A stretch of DNA of 64,000 nt from an uncultured delta proteobacterium (GTDB lineage Bacteria; Myxococcota; UBA727; VGSZ01): contig CAVZJB010000016.1 in the NCBI GenBank assembly GCA_963775425.1, positions 960,001 through 1,024,000 on the forward strand, in the 5' to 3' direction. The notes below the pieces were generated by a model. It saw nothing but the letters and a program-made list of their open reading frames with translations. It had not been told where the DNA came from and did no database searches. Shown piece by piece: positions 1 through 8,030 of the stretch (positions are counted from its first letter, which is position 1; every line of letters begins with the position of its first letter). Both the position numbers and the translations under genes were made by a program.

Positions 1-342
1 ACCTACTTCGGGCCCGGCAAGGACAAGCACGACGACCTCGTCGCCTCCATCGACGAAGGCCTGCTCGTGCGCCACGCGCGCAACGGCATGGAGGACCCCA
101 AGGGCTGGGGAATCCAATGCGAGGCGTACATGGCCGAGGAGATCAAGGGCGGCAAGAAGACCGGCGCCGTGTTCGGCCCGGTGATCATCACCGGCTACGT
201 GCCGGACCTCCTGATGTCCATCGACGGCGTCAGCGACGGCGTCGAGATCGGCGGGCTCGGGATGTGCGGCAAGGGCTACAAGGAGTGGGTGAAGGTCACC
301 GACGGTGGGCCGTCTTTGCGGCTGACGGCGAGGGTCGCGTGA
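1..342 (+). CDS. tldD: TldD family metalloprotease, C-terminal part (5' end outside window)
   Basis: Open from base 1; TYFGPG..., GMCGKG (Zn-ligand Cys) and GGPSLR motifs; stop overlaps the next start (GTGA). Confidence 0.85.
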   Translation, partial: TYFGPGKDKHDDLVASIDEGLLVRHARNGMEDPKGWGIQCEAYMAEEIKGGKKTGAVFGPVIITGYVPDLLMSIDGVSDGVEIGGLGMCGKGYKEWVKVTDGGPSLRLTARVA

Positions 343-1655
343 TCGACGACATCGCAAAGGCCCTGCGCGCAGACGCGCGCTTCTCGGCGTGGCAGATCGC
401 GGAGCTCCGCGGGCGCAGCACGCAGCGCTACCAGGTGTTCACCGAGGTGGAGGCCCGCCGCGTCGTGGAGACGCGCACGTGGGACGTCCGCGTCCACGTG
501 CAGCAAGACGACGGCACGCTCGGGGAGTCGAGCCTCACCGTCGTCGACGCCAAGGCGCCGCTCGCGCCCGCGCTCGACGCGGCGTTCGCGCGCGCCCGCC
601 TGGTGAAGAACAAGCCCTGGACCCTGCCCTCGCCCGCCGACGGCGGCGCCGCCGCCGTGCGCGCGGTGGACCCGCGCATCGTCGAGGTGCCCGACGAGGC
701 CTGCGAGGAGATCGGCGGCGAGATCGTGCGCGGCGTCGCCGCCGCCGGCTCCGTGGAGCTGTCGGCCTCCGAGGTCTTTTGCGACTACCGCCGCGTCCAC
801 CTCGTGAGCTCGCGGGGGCTCGACCTCGTTCGGGAGGAGACCAGCGCCTACACCGAGTACGTGCTCCTCGCGAAGGGCAAGGGTGACGACGAGCTCGAGG
901 TCTACCAGAGCCGCCGCGCCCGCGACCTCAAGGAGCTCGAGCTGCGCGCGCAGATCGACGACGACGTGGAGGCGGCCCGGGCCGGGGCGAGCGCGGTGCT
1001 CCCGGAGACGGGCGTGGCCGACGTGGTGCTCGGCGGGCCCGCCGTCGAGGAGATCTTCGACGCGTTCGTTGCCCACGCCTCGGGCCCGGCGAGGTTCGAC
1101 GGCTGGTCGCGCCTGACGGAGGGCAAGGCCGTCGTCGAAGGCGCCGGCGCCCGCGACGTCGCGTACGACGCGCTCACGCTCTCGAGCGACGCCACCCTGC
1201 CCGGCGGGCTCGGCACGTTCGCCTTCGACGACGTCGGCCTCCCCGGGCGGCGCATCGACGTCATCGTCGACGGCGTCTTCAAGACCCGCGCGTGCGACCA
1301 GCGCTACGCCTGCTGGCTCGGCGTGCCGGCCACCGGCACCTGGGGCAACGTCGTGGTGGCGCCGGGGAAGGCGAGCGAGGAGGAGCTGCTGCGCCCGCGC
1401 GGGGCCACGCCGCTGTACCACCTCACACGCTTCTCCCAGCTCTCGCCGCACGCCACCACCGGCGCGTTCTCGGGCGAGATCCGCTTCGGGTGGCGCATCG
1501 ACGGCGGCGCCCGCCTCCCCGTCCGCGGCGGATCGATCTCCGGCTCGGTGTTCGACGCCTTCTCGCGCGCACGCTTGTCGTCGGAGGTGGCCGTGCGCGG
1601 GCGCACCCACGGCCCGCGCGCGGTGCGGCTCGACGGCATCTCCATCACCGGCTGA
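339..1655 (+). CDS. TldE/PmbA family protein
   Basis: GTG at 339 overlaps tldD stop; [31 protein letters not shown] motifs. Confidence 0.85.
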   Translation: MIDDIAKALRADARFSAWQIAELRGRSTQRYQVFTEVEARRVVETRTWDVRVHVQQDDGTLGESSLTVVDAKAPLAPALDAAFARARLVKNKPWTLPSPADGGAAAVRAVDPRIVEVPDEACEEIGGEIVRGVAAAGSVELSASEVFCDYRRVHLVSSRGLDLVREETSAYTEYVLLAKGKGDDELEVYQSRRARDLKELELRAQIDDDVEAARAGASAVLPETGVADVVLGGPAVEEIFDAFVAHASGPARFDGWSRLTEGKAVVEGAGARDVAYDALTLSSDATLPGGLGTFAFDDVGLPGRRIDVIVDGVFKTRACDQRYACWLGVPATGTWGNVVVAPGKASEEELLRPRGATPLYHLTRFSQLSPHATTGAFSGEIRFGWRIDGGARLPVRGGSISGSVFDAFSRARLSSEVAVRGRTHGPRAVRLDGISITG

Positions 1656-1734
1656 GCGACGCCCGGGCGCCGCCCGCAGCCGGATCGTCGTCGCTGGGCC
1701 TGGCAGGCGCGGCGCGAGGGTGTATGTCTTCGCC

Positions 1735-3402
1735 ATGGACCCGACGTTCTTCCAGGACTTCCCCGCCCCGCCCGACCTCTACGCCGTCGACCGCGCCCTC
1801 CAGGCCGAGCTTTCGCGCCGCCTGCCCGCGGAGCTGCAAAAGAAGGCGGCGGCGCCGCTCGAGGCGCTCGGGCGCGCCACCGCCGCCGAGCTGCCGGCGC
1901 TCGTCGTCGAGGCCGAGGACAACGAGCCCGTCCACGTCCCGTACGACCCGTGGGGCCGGCGCGTCGACGAGATCCGCACCTCGCGGGCGTGGGACGCGCT
2001 GAAGCGCTTCTCCGCCGAGCACGCCATCGTGGCGAGCGGCTACGACGAGAGCTACGGCGAGCACCGCCGCGTCTTCCAGGCCGCGCTCCTGCACCTGTAC
2101 TCGGCGTCGTCGGCGATCTTTTCGTGCCCGCTCGCGATGACGGACGCCGCCGCCCGCGTGCTCCTCGACATCGCCCCGCCCGAGCTGCGCGATCGATTGG
2201 TGCCCGGCCTGCTGTCGACGGACCCAAAGACCTTCATCACGTCGGGGCAGTGGATGACGGAGCGCACCGGCGGCAGCGACGTCTCCGGCACGTCCACGGT
2301 GGCGCGGCCCGTGCCCGGCAAGAAGGACGTCTACACGCTCCACGGCGTGAAGTGGTTCACCTCGTCGGTGACCTCCGAGATGGCGCTCGCGCTCGCGCGC
2401 ATCGACGACGGCCCGGAGGGACAGCCCCACATGACGCTCGGCAGCAAGGGCCTGAGCCTGTTCGTCGTCGACGTCGTGCGCGAGACGCTCGCGGGCGGCG
2501 CCACGGGCGGCGTGCGCGGCATCCAGGTGAACCGACTGAAGGACAAGCTCGGCACGCGCGCGCTGCCCACGGCGGAGCTCACGCTCGACGGCGTCGAGGC
2601 CGTGCGCATCGGTGAGGTCGGCCGCGGCGTCGCGAGCATCGCGGGCATGCTCAACATCACCCGCTTCTACAACTCCATCGCCTCCAGCTCGACGATGCAG
2701 AAGGCGCAAGCCTGGGCGCGCGCGTACGCCTGGAAGCGCACCGCCTTCGGCGCGCCCATCGCGAGCCAACCGCTGCACGCCGCCACGCTCGACGACATGG
2801 AAGCGGAGACCGCGGCGGGCCTCGCGTTGGCCATGGAGGTCGCCACGCTCCTGGGTCGGCTCGAGCACAAGACCGCCACCGACGAGGAGAAGCGCCGGCT
2901 GCGCGCGCTGGTCCCCATCACCAAGCTCACCACGGGCAAGCAGGCGGTGGCGGTGACGTCGGAGGCGCTCGAGGCCTTCGGCGGCGCCGGCTACATCGAG
3001 GACACGGGCCTGCCCGCGCTCCTGCGCGACGCCCAGGTGCTGCCCATCTGGGAGGGCACCACCAACGTGCTCTCGCTCGACGTGCTCCGCGCCGAGGCCA
3101 AGGACCAGGCCTACTCCGCGGTGCTGAAGGACCTCCTCGCGCGCACGGAGAAGCTGCCGGCTTCCCTGCCCAAGGGCGGCGTCGAGGCGCTCAAGGGCAC
3201 GTGCCAGGCCCTCGCCGCCCGCGTCGCCGCGCTGGTGAAGAGCGGGGGGCTCGAGGGAGGCGCGCGCAAGGTCGCCTACACGACGGGGCTCTGCCTCGAG
3301 GCCATGCTCCTCGGGGAGACCGCCGCCGCCGTCGGCACCGCCGACGCCGCCGCGCGCTTCGAGCGCTTCGCGCGGCTGCGCCTCGCCGGCCCGCTCGGCT
3401 GA
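1735..3402 (+). CDS. Acyl-CoA dehydrogenase (AidB-like)
   Basis: [55 protein letters not shown] motifs. Confidence 0.93.
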   Translation: MDPTFFQDFPAPPDLYAVDRALQAELSRRLPAELQKKAAAPLEALGRATAAELPALVVEAEDNEPVHVPYDPWGRRVDEIRTSRAWDALKRFSAEHAIVASGYDESYGEHRRVFQAALLHLYSASSAIFSCPLAMTDAAARVLLDIAPPELRDRLVPGLLSTDPKTFITSGQWMTERTGGSDVSGTSTVARPVPGKKDVYTLHGVKWFTSSVTSEMALALARIDDGPEGQPHMTLGSKGLSLFVVDVVRETLAGGATGGVRGIQVNRLKDKLGTRALPTAELTLDGVEAVRIGEVGRGVASIAGMLNITRFYNSIASSSTMQKAQAWARAYAWKRTAFGAPIASQPLHAATLDDMEAETAAGLALAMEVATLLGRLEHKTATDEEKRRLRALVPITKLTTGKQAVAVTSEALEAFGGAGYIEDTGLPALLRDAQVLPIWEGTTNVLSLDVLRAEAKDQAYSAVLKDLLARTEKLPASLPKGGVEALKGTCQALAARVAALVKSGGLEGGARKVAYTTGLCLEAMLLGETAAAVGTADAAARFERFARLRLAGPLG

Positions 3403-3467
3403 CGGGGGTCGCGCGCCGACGTGGCGTACGGCCCCACGGCGCCCCCGCGCCCGGGTATCCTCGGCGG

Positions 3468-4388
3468 ATGAAGCGCATCGCCGCCGTCGCCGTCGTCGTG
3501 CTCTCGTGCGCGTCGTGCCCTGAGGACCCGCCGGACGCGCGCGCGTTCATCACGGCCCTGTTTCAGGCGTCGGTGGTGTGCGCGCCGAGCTTCCTCGCGC
3601 AGGCGGAGCCGGTGTTCCTCGACGCGCAGTCGCGCGCGCAGATCGAGATCGCCGTCGGCACCTTCGACCGCGACCTGCAAAACGACAAGGTCGCCTTCGA
3701 CCGCGCCTCCTACGACGCGTGCCTCGCGGCCGCCGGCGACAACGACTGCGAGACCATCAGCGCCGCCAACGGCCCGTGCGCCACGGTGTTCGAGGGCAAG
3801 GTGGACGGCGGCGGCGTCTGCGCCGAGAGCGTCGAGTGCGCCGCGGGCCTGTCGTGCTTCCAGGATCGCGACGCGTGCGGCACGTGCACCACCATCGCCA
3901 TCGAGGGCACGAGCTGCGCCGACCACAACTGCGCCGACGGCGACTTCTGCGACGACACCCAGGTCTGCCGCGCCAAGCCCGCGCCGGCGTCCTTCTCCGA
4001 GGGCGACGCCTGCTCGCTCGCCACGGGCTGCGGCGGCGTGCTCTCCGGGCTCGCGTGCAAAGACGGCCTGTGCGCGCCCATCAGCATCGTCCTTGAGGGC
4101 GAGGCGTGCGGCACCGACCCCTCATCCACGCTCTATTGCAAGGACAGCTCCTCGACGCACTTCTGCGACGGCGGCGTCTGCGCCGCGCGGCCCGGCCTCG
4201 GCGAGCCCTGCAACGGCGCCGGCGCGTGCGACGCCACCGTCGCCGCCTGCGTCGACGGCGCCTGCGTGGACGCGGGCGACGACGGCGACGCCTGTGAAAA
4301 CGGCTTCGGCTGCAAGCTCGGCAACACGTGCAAGAGCAACGTATGCACGCCGCTCGAGAGCGCGTCGCAGCCGCCCGCGTGCGAGTGA
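3468..4388 (+). CDS. Cys-rich lipoprotein (myxobacterial EGF/Dickkopf-like repeats)
   Basis: Signal peptide MKRIAAVAVVVLSC; many repeated Cys modules. Confidence 0.75.
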   Translation: MKRIAAVAVVVLSCASCPEDPPDARAFITALFQASVVCAPSFLAQAEPVFLDAQSRAQIEIAVGTFDRDLQNDKVAFDRASYDACLAAAGDNDCETISAANGPCATVFEGKVDGGGVCAESVECAAGLSCFQDRDACGTCTTIAIEGTSCADHNCADGDFCDDTQVCRAKPAPASFSEGDACSLATGCGGVLSGLACKDGLCAPISIVLEGEACGTDPSSTLYCKDSSSTHFCDGGVCAARPGLGEPCNGAGACDATVAACVDGACVDAGDDGDACENGFGCKLGNTCKSNVCTPLESASQPPACE

Positions 4389-4422
4389 CGGTGCGCCCGC
4401 GACGGGCGCATCGACGGACAGC

Positions 4423-5013
4423 TCAGCCCCAGGTCGCGTGGTAGCGCGCGGACGTCGGGGTGTGCTCCTCGACCGCCACGCTCACCTTCGCCGCGCCCGC
4501 GCGCAGGAGCGCCGCGGTGAACGCCGTGCCGTGATGAAACGGCGCCTCGGGGATGTAGAGGTACTCCGGGAAGGTCACCGTGGCGCGGGCGCTGCCGGGG
4601 CCGTCGATGACGACGTCGAGCTTGCTGCCGCGCCGGAAGACGCCCCACAGCCGCGCGGCGCCCTTGAGCACGCTCTGCGGCGAGGCCAGCGCGAACAGCA
4701 CCGAATACGCGGGGGAGCTCAGGAGCTGCCGGTTCATCTCGAGGAGCCAGCTCTCGACGGCGTCCTGCGGCGTGACGTCGGCGTGGATGCACTGCAAGGC
4801 GATGATGTGCATCTCGGGGATCCACACGTTCACCGGCGGCGGGTTTCGCAGCGTTCGCACGAAGTCCTCGGGCAGCCCGTCGAGCGGCGGCAGCGTCATC
4901 CGCTGCAGCGCCATGCGCATGAGCCCCGCTTTGATGCCGCATTGCGGGTAGCGATCCAGGCGCCCCCCGTGGCGCTCGAGGTACGTCGCCAACGTGGGCA
5001 GCCGCTCTTTCAC
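4423..5013 (-). CDS. Hypothetical protein, DUF2378/TIGR02265-like
   Basis: GTG start overlaps upstream stop; WIP, SPQSVLKGAARLW, C-terminal YHATW pattern. Confidence 0.6.
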   Translation of the reverse strand: MKERLPTLATYLERHGGRLDRYPQCGIKAGLMRMALQRMTLPPLDGLPEDFVRTLRNPPPVNVWIPEMHIIALQCIHADVTPQDAVESWLLEMNRQLLSSPAYSVLFALASPQSVLKGAARLWGVFRRGSKLDVVIDGPGSARATVTFPEYLYIPEAPFHHGTAFTAALLRAGAAKVSVAVEEHTPTSARYHATWG

Positions 5014-5330
5014 CAGCCGAAGCCGCCGCCGCTCCCGAAAGACGAAGCGTGGCACGTGCCCGCGTACTGCACCTCGACGCCCACCGCGTAGGCGGCGCAC
5101 TCCGAGGTATAGCCCTGGTCGTCGCAGCCGCAGACGGGGGTGCCGTCGTCGGTGCAGGTGCCGTCCGCGGGGGGGACGAAGTCGGCGGAAGCGACGCAGC
5201 TCTTGGTGGCGTCGTCGTAGAGCTGGGCGCTGTCGCAGGTGCACAGCGCGCTGTTGCCGTGGCTCGCCGCGCACCCGAGCGCCAGCGCGCCGAACGCCGC
5301 GAGGGCAAGGGCGGCGCGCAGCCGGCTCAC
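5010..5330 (-). CDS. Small lipoprotein with Kazal-type domain
   Basis: Lipobox LALGC; PVCGCDDQGYTSECAA...YAGTC Kazal signature. Confidence 0.75.
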   Translation of the reverse strand: MSRLRAALALAAFGALALGCAASHGNSALCTCDSAQLYDDATKSCVASADFVPPADGTCTDDGTPVCGCDDQGYTSECAAYAVGVEVQYAGTCHASSFGSGGGFGW

Positions 5331-5803
5331 GCAGCTTCCGCCTGCTTGACGACGTCGTCGACGTGGGGCGTCTTCACGAAGTGAAGATACAGGGCGATGT
5401 GCTCGGCCTGGTAGCCCTGCCCCTTGAGGTGCGTCACGAGCTCCTTGACCTTGTCGGCGGTGAGCTCCTGGAAGAACGTCGGCTCCTCGTCCACGAGGCC
5501 GTTGTCGTTCTTGACGTTGAGGTAGTCGAGGGTGGCCTTGAGGAGCGGGCGCTTGGTGTACAGCCAGTTGCGCACGAGCTCCTCACACAAGCGGTTCTCT
5601 TGATCGCTGTCGGCGGTCTTGAGCTTCTCGTGGAGCTTCTTGGTGCGGTCCTCGAGCTTGGCGTGGACCTTGAGCCCGATGGTCTTTTTGGCCTTGATGC
5701 CGAGGCGCTGAAACAACGTCTCCCGCACCTTGCGCGGCGACGCGGCAATGAGCTCGGCGAAGGTCTCGTCGCTCATCTTGGCCACGAGCTGGATGAACTG
5801 CAT
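5327..5803 (-). CDS. Hypothetical protein (158 aa, helical, Lys-rich)
   Basis: Protein-like composition, strong GC3 bias, SD GGGAG upstream. Confidence 0.8.
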   Translation of the reverse strand: MQFIQLVAKMSDETFAELIAASPRKVRETLFQRLGIKAKKTIGLKVHAKLEDRTKKLHEKLKTADSDQENRLCEELVRNWLYTKRPLLKATLDYLNVKNDNGLVDEEPTFFQELTADKVKELVTHLKGQGYQAEHIALYLHFVKTPHVDDVVKQAEAA

Positions 5804-5854
5804 GTCTCGCTCCCGACGGTGTCCCGCCCGATATGAGGCCGTCGGGGAGCACCG

Positions 5855-6643
5855 TCAACGGGGCGGCTGCCCCATGATCAGCGCCAGGACGTCGCGCAGC
5901 GCTTGCTGCCCGAACCGCTCGACCGCCCCCACGCCCCGGTCGACGGTGAAGCTCATCTCGTCGAGGGCGGCCTGAAGGGGCGTGGCGTTGTTGCGCAGGA
6001 TGGGCTGGATGGCGCCCGACGGCCAGCACACGCGCGCCGCCACCCCGAGCTTGAGCAGGCGGTCCTTGAGGACGCCTCGCTTCTCGAGGGCCATGAGCCC
6101 CTTCACACCCGCCGACGCGAGGAACGCGCGCAGGCCGAAGGGCAAGGTGAGCGTGGTAAGCACCTCGGGGGAGAGCCCGCCGAAGCCGATCACGAGGAGC
6201 GGCCGCTGCGCGCGGCGGGCGACCTCGAGGTCCTCGATGGAGAACGCGGCCAGGGAGCCGCGCAGCCCGGGGTGCGTGTGCCACAGGATGGTGCCCCAGT
6301 CGGGATCGATGGCGACGCGCCCGGGCTGCCCGGTCGTCTCGCGCTTGAGGCCGACGAGGACGGTTCGCCCACCGCGCCGCCGGGCGAACGCGACGCCGGC
6401 GAGCTCGAGCCCGTGCTGCGTCGACGTCATCAGCTCCTCCGCCGCGCGCTCGAAGAACGCCCGCGCCCCGAACAGCGGCGACTCCGCGCGCGGCACGAGG
6501 GCGGTGGTGGCGTCGGGCTGGATGGCGCCCTCGCGCGCCTGCGCCTGCGCGGTGCGCTCGGGGATGGCGTGGCTGGCGTTGCCGCGCAGCTCCTCGATCT
6601 GCGCGTCGACGATCTCCTGGGGCTCCCCGTCCGGGCGACTCAT
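5855..6643 (-). CDS. JAB/MPN (JAMM-motif) metalloprotease-like protein
   Basis: ATG overlaps rodA stop (ATGA); ELAG...WHTHP-x9-SIED motif followed by PLLVIG strand. Confidence 0.7.
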   Translation of the reverse strand: MSRPDGEPQEIVDAQIEELRGNASHAIPERTAQAQAREGAIQPDATTALVPRAESPLFGARAFFERAAEELMTSTQHGLELAGVAFARRRGGRTVLVGLKRETTGQPGRVAIDPDWGTILWHTHPGLRGSLAAFSIEDLEVARRAQRPLLVIGFGGLSPEVLTTLTLPFGLRAFLASAGVKGLMALEKRGVLKDRLLKLGVAARVCWPSGAIQPILRNNATPLQAALDEMSFTVDRGVGAVERFGQQALRDVLALIMGQPPR

Positions 6644-7974
6644 GTTTTTCGGCCCACCTGCGCGTTCACCGCAAAACCTATGGCTATCATCTTGGTGATC
6701 ATCGACGAGCCCCCGTAGCTCATCAGGGGGAGCGTGACGCCGACGACGGGGAGCACGCCCGTCACCATGCCCATGTTGATGAACGCGTGCCAGAAGATCA
6801 TCGACGCCGCGCCCACGGCGATGAGCGCGCTGAAGCGGTCGGTGGCCTTGCGCGCCCCGCGCAACATGAGCGCGATGAGCGTGAAGAACAAGACGATGAG
6901 CACGACGGCGCCGACGAAGCCCCACTCCTCGCCGAGCACCGAGAAGATGAAGTCCGTGTGGTTCTCCGGCAGGAACGACAACTGCGTCTGCGTCCCCTGC
7001 CCGTAGCCCTTGCCGGTGATCTGGCCGGAGCCGACGGCGATGATGGACTGCGCCGCGTGGTAGCCGGCGCCCTGGATGTCGGCCTCGGGGTTCAAGAACG
7101 TCTGCACGCGTTTCTTCTGGTAGCCTTGGAGCACGAAGAACCACGCGAACACCGCCGTGCTGATGGCGCCGACGAAGGAGATCGCGAGGTCGCGCGGGCG
7201 CATGCCGCAAAAGAGGATCTGCGTGGCGGCGATGGCGAGGACGATGGACGCCGTGCCGAGGTCGGGCTCGATGAGCACGAGCGCGAACGGCACGAGCACG
7301 ATGTCGATGGGCGCCACGATCTTCCGATGGCTGATGCCGCCGCGCACCGTGGCGAGGATGGCGATCATCAGCCACACGCCGCCGATGACGATGGCGCCGG
7401 CGGTGACCCAGTGCGGCTGCAGCTTGTGGAGCTCCTCGAGCGGCACGCCTTTGGCGATGTCCAGGTCGTGCTTCTTGATCTGGTGGAAGTGCCGCCAGAC
7501 CACGCCCGCCATCAAGCCCAACGGGCGCGAGACGTTGAACGGCCGCAGCAGCTGCATGAGCGTGTATCCGCCGGGCACCTCGTACTCGCCGAAGTACTTG
7601 GCGACGACGAGGATGATCGCGATCTTGGCGAGCTCCGACGGCTGGCCGCCGATGGGCCCGATGTCGAGCCAGCGCTGGGCGCCCTTGTGCGGCGTGCCCA
7701 TGACGAGGACGGCCACGAGCAGGACGCATACGAGCGCATAGAGGGGAAACGCGCCGAGCTCCAGCGAGCTCGGGCGGGCGCGCGCGACGACGGCGGCGAC
7801 GACGAAGCCGGCGCACGACCACAGCAGCTGCTTGTACCAGAGGTCCGGGAACGAATCGCGTCCTGCCGACGACACCATCATCACGCTGATGAGCGGGATG
7901 ACGGCCGCGATGGCGATGAGCCCGATGGGCCACCGCGCTCCGCCGGACTCCGGCGCCGTGGACAACGACGTCAT
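6640..7974 (-). CDS. rodA: Rod shape-determining SEDS glycosyltransferase RodA
   Basis: GAQRW, QPSELAK, EPDLGT, GSGQITGKG, LPENHTDFIFSVLGEEWG, LPLMSYGGSS. Confidence 0.97.
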   Translation of the reverse strand: MTSLSTAPESGGARWPIGLIAIAAVIPLISVMMVSSAGRDSFPDLWYKQLLWSCAGFVVAAVVARARPSSLELGAFPLYALVCVLLVAVLVMGTPHKGAQRWLDIGPIGGQPSELAKIAIILVVAKYFGEYEVPGGYTLMQLLRPFNVSRPLGLMAGVVWRHFHQIKKHDLDIAKGVPLEELHKLQPHWVTAGAIVIGGVWLMIAILATVRGGISHRKIVAPIDIVLVPFALVLIEPDLGTASIVLAIAATQILFCGMRPRDLAISFVGAISTAVFAWFFVLQGYQKKRVQTFLNPEADIQGAGYHAAQSIIAVGSGQITGKGYGQGTQTQLSFLPENHTDFIFSVLGEEWGFVGAVVLIVLFFTLIALMLRGARKATDRFSALIAVGAASMIFWHAFINMGMVTGVLPVVGVTLPLMSYGGSSMITKMIAIGFAVNAQVGRKT

Positions 7975-8030
7975 CGCGCCCCCCTCGACGTGGCGCGGGG
8001 GCTTGCCCCCCGCCTGGCGGCGGCGCTCAT
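7971..8030 (-). CDS. Putative 19-aa mini-ORF (MSAAARRGASPRATSRGAR) bridging mrdA and rodA
   Basis: ATGA overlap with mrdA stop at 8027-8030 and with rodA start at 7971-7974. Confidence 0.35.
   Translation of the reverse strand: MSAAARRGASPRATSRGAR

Noticed and set aside
1-3402. TldD/E as part of a RiPP cluster
   Set aside because: No precursor or YcaO visible; upstream context lies outside the window
5855-6643. JAB gene as part of a CBASS or ubiquitin-like defence system
   Set aside because: No CD-NTase, E1/E2 or ubiquitin-like gene in the window; housekeeping context
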